Positions 1 through 8,802 of a DNA stretch of 64,000 nt are shown here, in pieces; positions within the stretch are counted from its first letter, which is position 1, and each line of letters starts with the position of its first letter. The notes under the pieces are model-generated. The model had not been told where the DNA came from. It saw only the letters and a program-made list of their open reading frames with translations, and ran no database searches. The stretch covers positions 128,001-192,000 of the forward strand of contig CAWFJJ010000005.1 in the NCBI GenBank assembly GCA_963816185.1. The letters run 5' to 3'. The stretch comes from Thermoanaerobaculia bacterium (GTDB lineage Bacteria; Acidobacteriota; Thermoanaerobaculia; UBA5066). The translations under genes and the position numbers were made by a program.

Positions 1-968
1 CGCGCGTAGTTCGCCCGCTCGTAGGCCGCGGGGTCCGGGCACGAAATGAGGCTCATGCTGCCCCTCATCTGGGCCAGAGATTCGTACTCGTGCTCCTCCA
101 GGAACCGCATGACGTCGGCGCGCACCTCGGCGAGCGCCTTCGGACCGCGCAGGAGGAGCGCCGAGACCATCTGAACGGCATCGGCGCCGGCCATGATCGC
201 CTTGATCGCGTCGCGCGCGTCGTGGACGCCGCCCGTGACGGCGAGGGAAGCCTTCACGCGCCCGGAGAGCATCGCGAGCCACCTCAGGCGGAGGAGCAGC
301 TCGTCGTGCGTCGAGAGCCGCAGAGAGGGAGTCACGTCCAGCGTCTCGGGATCGATGTCGGGCTGGTAGAAGCGGTTGAAGAGGACGAGCCCGTCCACGG
401 ACATCCCGTCGAGCTCGGACGCGAACGAGCCGAGCGACGAGAAGAACGGCGACAGCTTCACGGCAATGGGGATCCGCACGGCGGCTTTCACGGACCGCAC
501 GATCTCGAGAAACCGCCGCTCGAGGGAGAACCCGGGCTCGCCGTCGTGCGCGCCGAGGTCGTAGAGGTTCAGCTCGAGCGCATCGGCTCCGGCCTCGGCG
601 ATGCGGGTCGCGAACGTGACCCATCCGCCCGGCGTCGCGCCGTTCAGCGACGCGATCACGGGGATGTGCACGGCCTCTTTGAGGCGGCGGACCTGGTCGA
701 GGTACTTCTCGGGGCCGAGCAGAAATGCCTCCGGCTCCGGGAAATACGTGAGAGCTTCCGGATACGAGCCGGAGACGACCTCCATCTGCCGGATCGTTCC
801 AACCTCGTCGCGCGTGATCTGCTCCTCGAACAGCGAGTGCATGACGATCGCCGCGGCGCCCGCGTCTTCGAGCCGGCGGACGAGATCCAGATCGTCGACC
901 ATCGGCGAGGCGCCCGGCATGAACGGGTGGGGGAGCGTCAGGCCGAGATAGCGGGTCGTGAGGTCCAT
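1..968 (-). CDS. Dihydroorotate dehydrogenase-like FMN protein (3' end runs off the window)
   Basis: Not in the ORF track. Manual translation from ATG 968 (GAGGAG RBS upstream) gives MDLTTRYLGLTLPHPFMPGASPM..., DALELNLY, PFAVKLSPFFSS-like, VLFNRFYQPDID, ASLAVTGGVH, AGADAVQMVSALL. Lies directly downstream of PFOR. Confidence 0.85.
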   Translation of the reverse strand, partial: MDLTTRYLGLTLPHPFMPGASPMVDDLDLVRRLEDAGAAAIVMHSLFEEQITRDEVGTIRQMEVVSGSYPEALTYFPEPEAFLLGPEKYLDQVRRLKEAVHIPVIASLNGATPGGWVTFATRIAEAGADALELNLYDLGAHDGEPGFSLERRFLEIVRSVKAAVRIPIAVKLSPFFSSLGSFASELDGMSVDGLVLFNRFYQPDIDPETLDVTPSLRLSTHDELLLRLRWLAMLSGRVKASLAVTGGVHDARDAIKAIMAGADAVQMVSALLLRGPKALAEVRADVMRFLEEHEYESLAQMRGSMSLISCPDPAAYERANYA

Positions 969-978
969 CGTCGTCTCC

Positions 979-3900
979 TCAGGCCTTCCCGGCCGGCGCC
1001 GGCACGGGCACGGCGGGACTCTTCGCGGGGGCCGGCGGAACGCCTGCCTTGCCGAGCGTCAGCTTCGCGAGATTCTCATACACCTGGAAACGGTTCTTCA
1101 CCTCGCGCTCGGCCTTCGCGAGAAGGCTCGCGAAGCGCGGCGCGTCCTGCTGCTCGACCATCCGGAAGCGCGCCTCGTTCCGCATGAACTGCGCGATCGA
1201 GCCCTTGATCTGCGCCGTGTCCATGAGCAGCGGCATCTCGCCCGTCGCGATGCGGCGGGGGTCGAACCGGTACAACGGCCAGTAGCCCGACTCGGAGGCG
1301 AGCTTCTGCTGCTCGAGGCCGAAGGAGAGGTCGTAGCCGTGCGCGATGCACGGGCTGTAGGCGATGACGATCGACGTGCCCGGATAGCTCTCGGCCTCGA
1401 GGAGGGCCTTCACCGTCTGGGCGTCCTTCGCTCCGAACGCGACGTGTGCGACGTAGACGTTTCCGTACGTCATCGCGAGCATGCCGAGGTCTTTCTTCGG
1501 AGTCGACTTGCCCTTGGCGGCGAACTTCGCGGCCGCGCCGAGGGGCGTCGCCTTGGACTGCTGGCCGCCCGTGTTCGAGTAGACCTCGGTGTCGAGGACG
1601 AGGATGTTGACGTTGCGCCCGGACGCGAGGACGTGGTCGAGGCCGCCGTACCCGATGTCGTAAGCCCAGCCGTCGCCGCCGACGATCCAGACGCTTTTCT
1701 TTACGAGCGAATCGGCGACGAGGAGGAGGCGGCGCGCCTCGGCGGTGTCCACGCCCTTGAGCGCGGTCCTGAGCGCGAGGACTCGCTCGCGCTGGGCGGC
1801 GATCTCGGCCTCCTTGTCCTGCGAGGCCGTCAGGAGCTCGCCGGCGAGCGTCTCGCCGATGCGCGAGGCCAGAGCCTGCACGAGAGTCCGCGCCTGGTCG
1901 TTGAGGGAGTCCAACGCGAGCCGGAAGCCGAAACCGAACTCCGCGTTGTCCTCGAAGAGCGAGTTCGCCCACGCCGGGCCGCGGCCGTCCGCGTTCGTCC
2001 GGTACGGGGTCGTCGGAAGGTTGCCGCCGTAGATCGAGGAGCAGCCCGTGGCGTTCGCGATGAGCGCCCGGTCGCCGAAGAGCTGCGTGAGGAGCTTGAC
2101 GTACGGGGTCTCGCCGCATCCGGAGCAGGCCCCCGAGAATTCGAAGAGCGGCTGGAGGAACTGGGCGCCCTTCACGTCGAGGCGTACCGTCGCGCGATCC
2201 GCTTCGGGCAGGTCGAGGAAGAAGGCGAAGTTGTCGCGCTCGGCGTCGCGCAGCGGCTTCTGGGGCGCCATGTCGAGAGACTTGTGCTTCGGGTTCGCCT
2301 TGTCCTTCGCGGGGCACACGGCGACGCAGAGCGTGCAGCCCGTGCAGTCCTCCGGCGCGATCTGGATCGTGTAGGCCTTCCCCGCGTACTCGGTGCCCTT
2401 GTACGGCATGGACTTGTACGTCTTGGGCGCGCCTTTGAGCACACCCGGGTCGAAGACCTTCGCGCGGATCGCCGCGTGCGGGCACACCATCGCGCACTTG
2501 TTGCACTGGATGCAGATCTTCTCGTCCCACACGGGGATCTCGAGCGCGATGTTCCGTTTCTCCCATTGGGCCGTGGAAAGGGGCCACGTGCCGTCGGGCG
2601 GGAACGCGCTCACGGGCAGAAGGTCGCCCTTTCCCGCGAGCATGACGCCCGAGACGCGCTTCACGAAGTCGGGTGCGGCGTCGGAGACGATGGGAGGACG
2701 CCGGCGCGTCGACGTGATCTTCGTGGGAACGGCCATCTCGGCGAGGTTCTCGAGGGTTCCGTCCACGGCCGCGAAGTTGCGGCGCACGGTCTCCTCGCCT
2801 CTCTTGCCGTACGTCTTCTTGATCGCCTTCTTGATCTGCGTGATCGCCTCGTCGCGGGGCAGGACGCCTGAGATCGCGAAGAAGCAGGTCTGCATGATCG
2901 TGTTGATGCGGCCGCCCATCCCGAGGGCCTTGGCGACCTTGTAGGCGTCGATGACCCAGACTTTGAGGCGCTTCTCGAGGATCTGCTCCTGCACCTCGAG
3001 GGGAAGCTGGTCCCAGGCTTCTTGGGGCCCGTACTGCGTGTTCAGGAGGAAAACGGCGCCCGGGACGGCCGCCTCGAGCATGTCGTAGCGGTCGAGGAAC
3101 TGCTCCTGGTGGCACGCGACGAAATTCGCGCGCTTCACGAGGTACGTCGAGTGAATCGGCTTCGGCCCGAAGCGCAGGTGCGAGACGGTGATGGCGCCGG
3201 ACTTCTTCGAGTCGTATTCGAAGTAGCCCTGCGCGAAGTTGCCCGTCTCCTCGCCGATGATCTTGATCGAGTTCTTGTTCGCGCCCACGGTGCCGTCGGC
3301 GCCCAGGCCGTAGAAGAGGGCGCGCACGGTGTCGTGGGGCTCGATGTCGAACTCCGCGTCCCATGCCAGCGAGGTGTGCGTCACGTCGTCCACGATGCCG
3401 ATCGTGAAGTGGTTCTTCGGCCTCGGCTTCGCGAGCTCGTCCAGGACCGCCTTCACCATGCCCGGCGTGAACTCCTTGGACGAGAGGCCGTAGCGGCCTC
3501 CGATGACGACCGGCTCCGCGGCGAAGGGGAGCGCGTCGCCGCGTCGCGCTTCGACGAGCGCGGTCACGACGTCGAGATAGAGCGGATCGCCGATGGCGCC
3601 CGGCTCCTTCGTCCGGTCGAGGACGGCGAGCGCCTGGACGGTCTTCGGGAGCGCGCCGACGAACGCGGGAATGTCGAACGGCCGGTAGAGCCGGACTTTC
3701 AGGACGCCGACTTTCTCGCCCTTCTGGACGAGATGCTCGACCGTCTCGTGGGCCGTCTCCGCGCCCGAGCCCATGAGGACGACGACGCGTGTCGCCTCGG
3801 GGTGCCCGACGTAATCGAAGAGGTGGTACGAGCGCCCCGTGAGGTTCGCGAAGCGGTTCATCTCCGCCTGCACGTGCCCCGCGCACGCGAGCGAGTACAG

Positions 3901-4599
3901 ATTTCCGGCCTCGCGCGCCTGGAAGAACGCGTCGGGGTTCTGCGCGCTGCCGCGGAGGACCGGGCGTTCCGGCGTGAGGCCGCGGCGCCGGTACTGCGCG
4001 ATCGCCTCCTCGTCCAGCATCGCGAGGAGGTCCTCGTTCGTCAGCTCTTCGATCTTCGCGACCTCGTGGGACGTGCGAAAACCGTCGAAGAAGTGGAGGA
4101 AGGGGATCCGCGACTTCAGGCTCGCGGCCTGCGCGATGATCGCGAAATCGTGCGCTTCCTGGACCGAGTTGGACGCGAAGAGGGCGAAACCCGTCTGGCG
4201 GCAGCCCATGGCGTCGGAGTGGTCGCCGAAGATGGAGAGCGCGTGCGTCGCGAGCGTCCGGGCCGCCACGTGCATGACGAACGGCGTCAGCTCCCCCGCG
4301 ATCTTGTACATGTTCGGAATCATGAGGAGGAGGCCCTGCGACGCCGTGAACGTCGTGGAGAGGGCGCCCGCTTGAATTGCGCCATGAACGGCGCCCGCGG
4401 CGCCGCCCTCGGACTGCATCTCGACGACTTCGGGGACGTTGCCCCAGACGTTCTTCTGGCCCTTCGAGGACCACTCGTCGGCCCATTCGCCCATGTTCGA
4501 GGAGGGCGTGATGGGATAGATCGCGATGACGTCGTTGGTTCGGTGTGCGACCGAGGCCACGGCCTCATTGCCATCCAGTGTGATGAGTCGGCGCGACAT
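979..4599 (-). CDS. nifJ: Pyruvate:ferredoxin (flavodoxin) oxidoreductase, single-chain
   Basis: YPITPS, MQSEGGAAG, two ferredoxin motifs (CIQCNKC..C, CTGCTLC..C), GDGWAYDIG TPP motif; 1206 aa. Confidence 0.97.
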   Translation of the reverse strand: MSRRLITLDGNEAVASVAHRTNDVIAIYPITPSSNMGEWADEWSSKGQKNVWGNVPEVVEMQSEGGAAGAVHGAIQAGALSTTFTASQGLLLMIPNMYKIAGELTPFVMHVAARTLATHALSIFGDHSDAMGCRQTGFALFASNSVQEAHDFAIIAQAASLKSRIPFLHFFDGFRTSHEVAKIEELTNEDLLAMLDEEAIAQYRRRGLTPERPVLRGSAQNPDAFFQAREAGNLYSLACAGHVQAEMNRFANLTGRSYHLFDYVGHPEATRVVVLMGSGAETAHETVEHLVQKGEKVGVLKVRLYRPFDIPAFVGALPKTVQALAVLDRTKEPGAIGDPLYLDVVTALVEARRGDALPFAAEPVVIGGRYGLSSKEFTPGMVKAVLDELAKPRPKNHFTIGIVDDVTHTSLAWDAEFDIEPHDTVRALFYGLGADGTVGANKNSIKIIGEETGNFAQGYFEYDSKKSGAITVSHLRFGPKPIHSTYLVKRANFVACHQEQFLDRYDMLEAAVPGAVFLLNTQYGPQEAWDQLPLEVQEQILEKRLKVWVIDAYKVAKALGMGGRINTIMQTCFFAISGVLPRDEAITQIKKAIKKTYGKRGEETVRRNFAAVDGTLENLAEMAVPTKITSTRRRPPIVSDAAPDFVKRVSGVMLAGKGDLLPVSAFPPDGTWPLSTAQWEKRNIALEIPVWDEKICIQCNKCAMVCPHAAIRAKVFDPGVLKGAPKTYKSMPYKGTEYAGKAYTIQIAPEDCTGCTLCVAVCPAKDKANPKHKSLDMAPQKPLRDAERDNFAFFLDLPEADRATVRLDVKGAQFLQPLFEFSGACSGCGETPYVKLLTQLFGDRALIANATGCSSIYGGNLPTTPYRTNADGRGPAWANSLFEDNAEFGFGFRLALDSLNDQARTLVQALASRIGETLAGELLTASQDKEAEIAAQRERVLALRTALKGVDTAEARRLLLVADSLVKKSVWIVGGDGWAYDIGYGGLDHVLASGRNVNILVLDTEVYSNTGGQQSKATPLGAAAKFAAKGKSTPKKDLGMLAMTYGNVYVAHVAFGAKDAQTVKALLEAESYPGTSIVIAYSPCIAHGYDLSFGLEQQKLASESGYWPLYRFDPRRIATGEMPLLMDTAQIKGSIAQFMRNEARFRMVEQQDAPRFASLLAKAEREVKNRFQVYENLAKLTLGKAGVPPAPAKSPAVPVPAPAGKA

Positions 4600-4724
4600 G
4601 AGAGCCTCCCTTTTTCGACCCGGCCGGCCGGGGGGCCATCATGGAATTTGGAGGCTGATACCCGGAATGATGCCGATGTATCACATAGTCGAGACAGGGT
4701 TTACCTTACGGCACGTCTTGCGCG

Positions 4725-7460
4725 TCACGGTGCCGCCGGTGCCTTCGTGAAATCACCTGCGCGGACGAGGGTCAGCTTCTTGGGATCGAGGCGCCGGTGC
4801 AGAGCTTCCCGGATCTGCTCCGGCGTCAGAGCGTCCACGTTCTTCTCGAAGTCCGCGTCCCACTGGAGCGTCCGGCCGAGATAGAGTTCGCCTGCGAGCG
4901 TACCCGCGAGCCCTTGGTCGTTCGCGCGTTGCACCTGCCGGCTCTGCAGCCAGCCGGACTTCGCCTCCGAGACCTCCTGATCCGTGAAGCCTCCCTCGAG
5001 GGCGCGGGCGATCTCTTCCCGCAGCGCTTTCTCGAGCTTCCACGTGTTCTGCGGTGCGTGGATCGCAAAGACGACGAAGCTGCCGGAAGAGTCGAGCGCA
5101 CGCGCCGAAAGCTGCGAGCCGACGCCGTAGCTCAGGCCCTCCTTCTGACGGATGCGGACCGCGAGCCGCGAGTTGAGGAAGCCGCCGCCGAGCATGTAGT
5201 TGCCGAGGACGAGGGCCGGATAGTCGGGATCGGAGTCTTTCAGCGAGAGGTTCATTCCAGCCAGGAGGATGGCGTTAGCCTTGTCGGGCGTTTCGAGCTT
5301 CTCGTTTCCGGCCGGCACGTCGTGGAACGGATGCTCGATCCGCGCATACGGCTTCGGCGCCGCCCACCCGTCGAGAAGAGAGCGGACGAGGTCGGACGTT
5401 TCCTTCGCGTCGAAGTCGCCGACGACCGCCAGCTCGCCGTGCGTGGCGCCGAGGAAAGCCGCGTGGAATTCCCTGGCCTGTGCGACCGTCGCCGCCTTGT
5501 ACGCGGCAATGAGCTCGTCGAGCGTCGGCTCGTAGCGAGCGTCGTCCTTCGCGTAAGGCGCCAGGCGCCGCGTGATGGCACGGCTCGCCAGCGCCTGCGG
5601 CTCGCTGCGCTCCTGCTCGAGGGCGGCGAGGTTCTCCTGCCGGAGCTGCTCGAACTGATCGGCAGGGAACGTGGGCCGCCGGAGGGCCTCGGCGAGGAGC
5701 TTCAGCGTCCCGGGCAGATTCTCGCGGACCGTCTCGATTCGGGCGTGAAGGGTGTCGAGGTCCGCCGAGATCGTGAGCCGCGCCTTCAGCTTGTCCAGCT
5801 CGTCGGCGAATTGCTGCCGGGTATGCACCGCGGTGCCGCGCGTGAGCATGTCGACCGCGAGGTCGCTCACGACCCGCTTGCCGCGCAGGCCGGCCTCCGT
5901 CCCGTAATGGAGCGACAGCGATGCGACGACGGTACCGCCGCGCGTCTTCTTCGGCAACAGCGCGAGCTTCAATCCGCCGGGCAGAGTCGAACGCTGCGTG
6001 CGCGCCTCCACGTTCGCAGGCGAAGGATCGAAGACCTCGCCGGCCGCGATCGCCTTGTCTCCGGTGTAACCCTGAAGAAGCGCCGAAGCGTCGGGAGCCT
6101 GAGGCACCTCGGCCCGGTCCGGCTTCGCGGTCGGGAGGAACTCGCCGAGCGTCCGGTTCGAAACCTTCAGGTACTTGAGCGCGACGCGCTGCACGTCCTC
6201 GGCCGTCACCTTACGGATGCGGTCACGGTTGAGGAAGAAGAGCCGCCAGTCGCCTTTCGCGATCCACTCGGAGATCTGGAGCCCCACGACCTCGGACTGG
6301 TTGAGCGCGAGCTCGAAGTCTTTCAACGCTTTCGTGCGTGCGCGCTCCAGCTCTTCCTTGGTGACCGGCGTCGTGGCGAGCGCGTCGATCGTGTCGAGAA
6401 GAGCCTTCTTCGCGTCCTCGAGAGGCTTCTCCTGCCGCACTTCGGCGCCGAAGAACAACAGGCCCGGCTCGCGGAGGTTGAACCCGAACCCGAAAACCGA
6501 GGACGCCTTCTGCGTCTCGACGAGCGCCTTGTGCAGCCGGCCCGCGGGAGTGTTCCCGAGGACGTACGCGAGCATCTGGAGAGGCACCGCGTCCTCGTGC
6601 AGCCCGGACGGCACGTGATAGGCCGCCACGACGAGCTGCTCGTCGCCGACGCGGCGAAGCGTCACCTGTCTCTCGCCGTCCTGCACGGGCTCGACGGTGT
6701 AAGTCGGGATCAGGACGCGCTCTATCTTCGGGATCGGGCCAAACGTCGCCGCCACGAGCGCGAGGACCTTCGCCTGCTCGAACTTGCCGGTGACGGTCAG
6801 GACCGCGTTGTCGGGCTGGTAGTAGCGCTTATAGAACGCCTGCAGGCGCCCGATGGGCGCGTTCTCGATGTCCGAGCGCGCCCCGATCGGCAGGTGGCGG
6901 TAGTTCTGCTCCTGGTAGGCCGCTGCCAGCACGCGCTTGATCAGGACGCCGGACGGGCTGTTCTCGCCGGCCTCGAACTCGTTTCGCACCACCGTCATCT
7001 CGGTGTCGAGGTCCTTCTTCCAGATGTGCGAGTTCACCATCCGGTCGGCCTCCAGCTCGAGCGCCCACTTGAGGTTCTCTTCCGTGGCCTGGAACGTCTC
7101 GAAGTAATTCGTCCGGTCGAATGACGTCGTGCCGTTCGGCCGCGCGCCGTGCGCGGTCAGCTCCTGCGGGATGTTCGGGTGCTTGTCGGTGCCTTTGAAG
7201 ACCATGTGCTCGAGGAGGTGGGCCATGCCGGTCTCGCCGTAGTCCTCGTGGCGCGCGCCGACGAGGTACGTGACGTTCACGGTGATCGTCTGCTTCGTGG
7301 GATCGGGAAAGAGAAGCACATGGAGGCCGTTCGCGAGCCGGTATTCGGTGATGCCTTCGACCGACGTCACGCGCTGCGGCTCGTTTGCGGCGCGTGCCGT
7401 GGCGGGGATGGCGAGGACGGCGACGAGGGCGACCGTGGCGGCGCGGGAGACTCGCGACAT
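4725..7460 (-). CDS. Secreted M16 (pitrilysin-family) zinc peptidase
   Basis: Signal peptide MSRVSRAATVALVAVLAIPATARA, inverted zinc motif HLLEH, two M16 halves. True start is ATG 7460; the longer ORF in the track runs through a tRNA. Confidence 0.9.
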   Translation of the reverse strand: MSRVSRAATVALVAVLAIPATARAANEPQRVTSVEGITEYRLANGLHVLLFPDPTKQTITVNVTYLVGARHEDYGETGMAHLLEHMVFKGTDKHPNIPQELTAHGARPNGTTSFDRTNYFETFQATEENLKWALELEADRMVNSHIWKKDLDTEMTVVRNEFEAGENSPSGVLIKRVLAAAYQEQNYRHLPIGARSDIENAPIGRLQAFYKRYYQPDNAVLTVTGKFEQAKVLALVAATFGPIPKIERVLIPTYTVEPVQDGERQVTLRRVGDEQLVVAAYHVPSGLHEDAVPLQMLAYVLGNTPAGRLHKALVETQKASSVFGFGFNLREPGLLFFGAEVRQEKPLEDAKKALLDTIDALATTPVTKEELERARTKALKDFELALNQSEVVGLQISEWIAKGDWRLFFLNRDRIRKVTAEDVQRVALKYLKVSNRTLGEFLPTAKPDRAEVPQAPDASALLQGYTGDKAIAAGEVFDPSPANVEARTQRSTLPGGLKLALLPKKTRGGTVVASLSLHYGTEAGLRGKRVVSDLAVDMLTRGTAVHTRQQFADELDKLKARLTISADLDTLHARIETVRENLPGTLKLLAEALRRPTFPADQFEQLRQENLAALEQERSEPQALASRAITRRLAPYAKDDARYEPTLDELIAAYKAATVAQAREFHAAFLGATHGELAVVGDFDAKETSDLVRSLLDGWAAPKPYARIEHPFHDVPAGNEKLETPDKANAILLAGMNLSLKDSDPDYPALVLGNYMLGGGFLNSRLAVRIRQKEGLSYGVGSQLSARALDSSGSFVVFAIHAPQNTWKLEKALREEIARALEGGFTDQEVSEAKSGWLQSRQVQRANDQGLAGTLAGELYLGRTLQWDADFEKNVDALTPEQIREALHRRLDPKKLTLVRAGDFTKAPAAP

Positions 7461-7485
7461 TTTTCCTCCGGTATGGTGGGGAAGC

Positions 7486-7561
7486 TGGTACCGCGTACGG
7501 GATTTGAACCCGTGATCTCCGCCTTGAGAGGGCGGCGTCCTAACCGCTAGACGAACGCGGC
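7486..7561 (-). tRNA. tRNA-Glu (CTC)
   Basis: Reverse complement GCCGCGTTCGTCTAGCGGTTAGGACGCCGCCCTCTCAAGGCGGAGATCACGGGTTCAAATCCCGTACGCGGTACCA folds as a cloverleaf with anticodon CTC, TTCAAAT T-loop and encoded CCA. Confidence 0.96.
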
Positions 7562-7640
7562 ACATCCCGATTTCGGGGGGCTCTTCGGCCCGCGGGGAGG
7601 CGAAATCTAGCATGCGGCCGTTCGGAGGCACAATCCCGGC

Positions 7641-8714
7641 ATGGAATTCGGCATCCTCGGGCTCGAGCTCTCCGGCAAGACGACTCTCTTCTCGCTCCTG
7701 ACCGGCCACCAGGCGGCCGCCGCGCCGCACAAGCGCGAGGCGCACGTAGGTATTGCGCACGTCCCCGATCCGCGCCTCGACAAGCTCACGGCGATGTTCA
7801 AGCCGAAGAAGCACACGCCCGCGACGGTCAAGTTCGTGGACGTGCCGGGCGTGACGAAAGGCGGCAGCCAGAGCCTGAACCTTCCCGAGCTCCGGCAGAT
7901 GGACGGCCTCGCGGTCGTCGTGCGGGGCTTCAAGTCCGAAGAAGTGCCGCATCCCGAGGGCTTCGTCGACCCCGCGCGCGACCTCGAGCTCCTCGAGACG
8001 GAGATGCTCCTCGCGGACCTTTCTGTCGTGACGAACCGGCTCGACCGCGTCCTCAAGGACGTCGCGAAGAAGAAGACGCCCGAGCTCGAGCTGGAGAAGA
8101 ACCTCCTGACGCGCTTTCGGGCGGCGCTCGACAAGGGCGAGCCCCTGCGGCCGTTCGAGGTCTCGCCGGACGAGGAGAAGCTCGTGCGCGGCTTCGGCCT
8201 CATGACGCAGAAACCGATGCTCGTGATCCTGAACGCGAGCGAAGACGAAGCCTCGGACCTCGCCGGGGCGCTCGGACGCGCGAAGCTCGACAAGTGGAAG
8301 GGTCAGCCGAAAGTCGCCTTCAGCGCGGTCTCGGCCCCGATCGAGCAGGAGATCGCCGCGATGTCGCCAGAGGACCAGGCCGAATTCCTGAAAGGCCTCG
8401 GCCTTCCGGACCGCGCTCTCGACCGGCTGCTCCACGCCGCGTACGACCTTCTCGGCCTGATCTCGTTCCTGACGGCGGGGGAGGATGAATGCCGGGCCTG
8501 GTCGATCCCGCGCGGCACGCATGCCGTTCAGGCGGCCGGCGTCATCCACACCGACTTCGAGAAGCACTTCATCAGGGCGGAGGTCGTGCCATTCCAGACG
8601 CTCGTCGAAACGGGCTCGCTCGCCCTGTGTCGCACGCACGGCACCCTGCGCCTCGAGGGCCGCGAGTACGTCGTGAAGGACGGCGACGTAATCAACTTTC
8701 GCGTCAGCGCCTGA
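7641..8714 (+). CDS. ychF: Redox-regulated Obg-family ATPase YchF
   Basis: GxxxxGKTT P-loop, VPDPRL, FVDVPG, FLTAGEDECRAW, AGVIHTDF, LEGREYVVKDGDVINFR TGS tail. Confidence 0.93.
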   Translation: MEFGILGLELSGKTTLFSLLTGHQAAAAPHKREAHVGIAHVPDPRLDKLTAMFKPKKHTPATVKFVDVPGVTKGGSQSLNLPELRQMDGLAVVVRGFKSEEVPHPEGFVDPARDLELLETEMLLADLSVVTNRLDRVLKDVAKKKTPELELEKNLLTRFRAALDKGEPLRPFEVSPDEEKLVRGFGLMTQKPMLVILNASEDEASDLAGALGRAKLDKWKGQPKVAFSAVSAPIEQEIAAMSPEDQAEFLKGLGLPDRALDRLLHAAYDLLGLISFLTAGEDECRAWSIPRGTHAVQAAGVIHTDFEKHFIRAEVVPFQTLVETGSLALCRTHGTLRLEGREYVVKDGDVINFRVSA

Positions 8715-8802
8715 ATCTTGCAGCGCTCCCCGGTTGCTGCCGCTGAGGCGCATACTCGGGTCAAACACCTCCGGACATTCAGGCAGTTTTCGCGGAGCGC
8801 CG

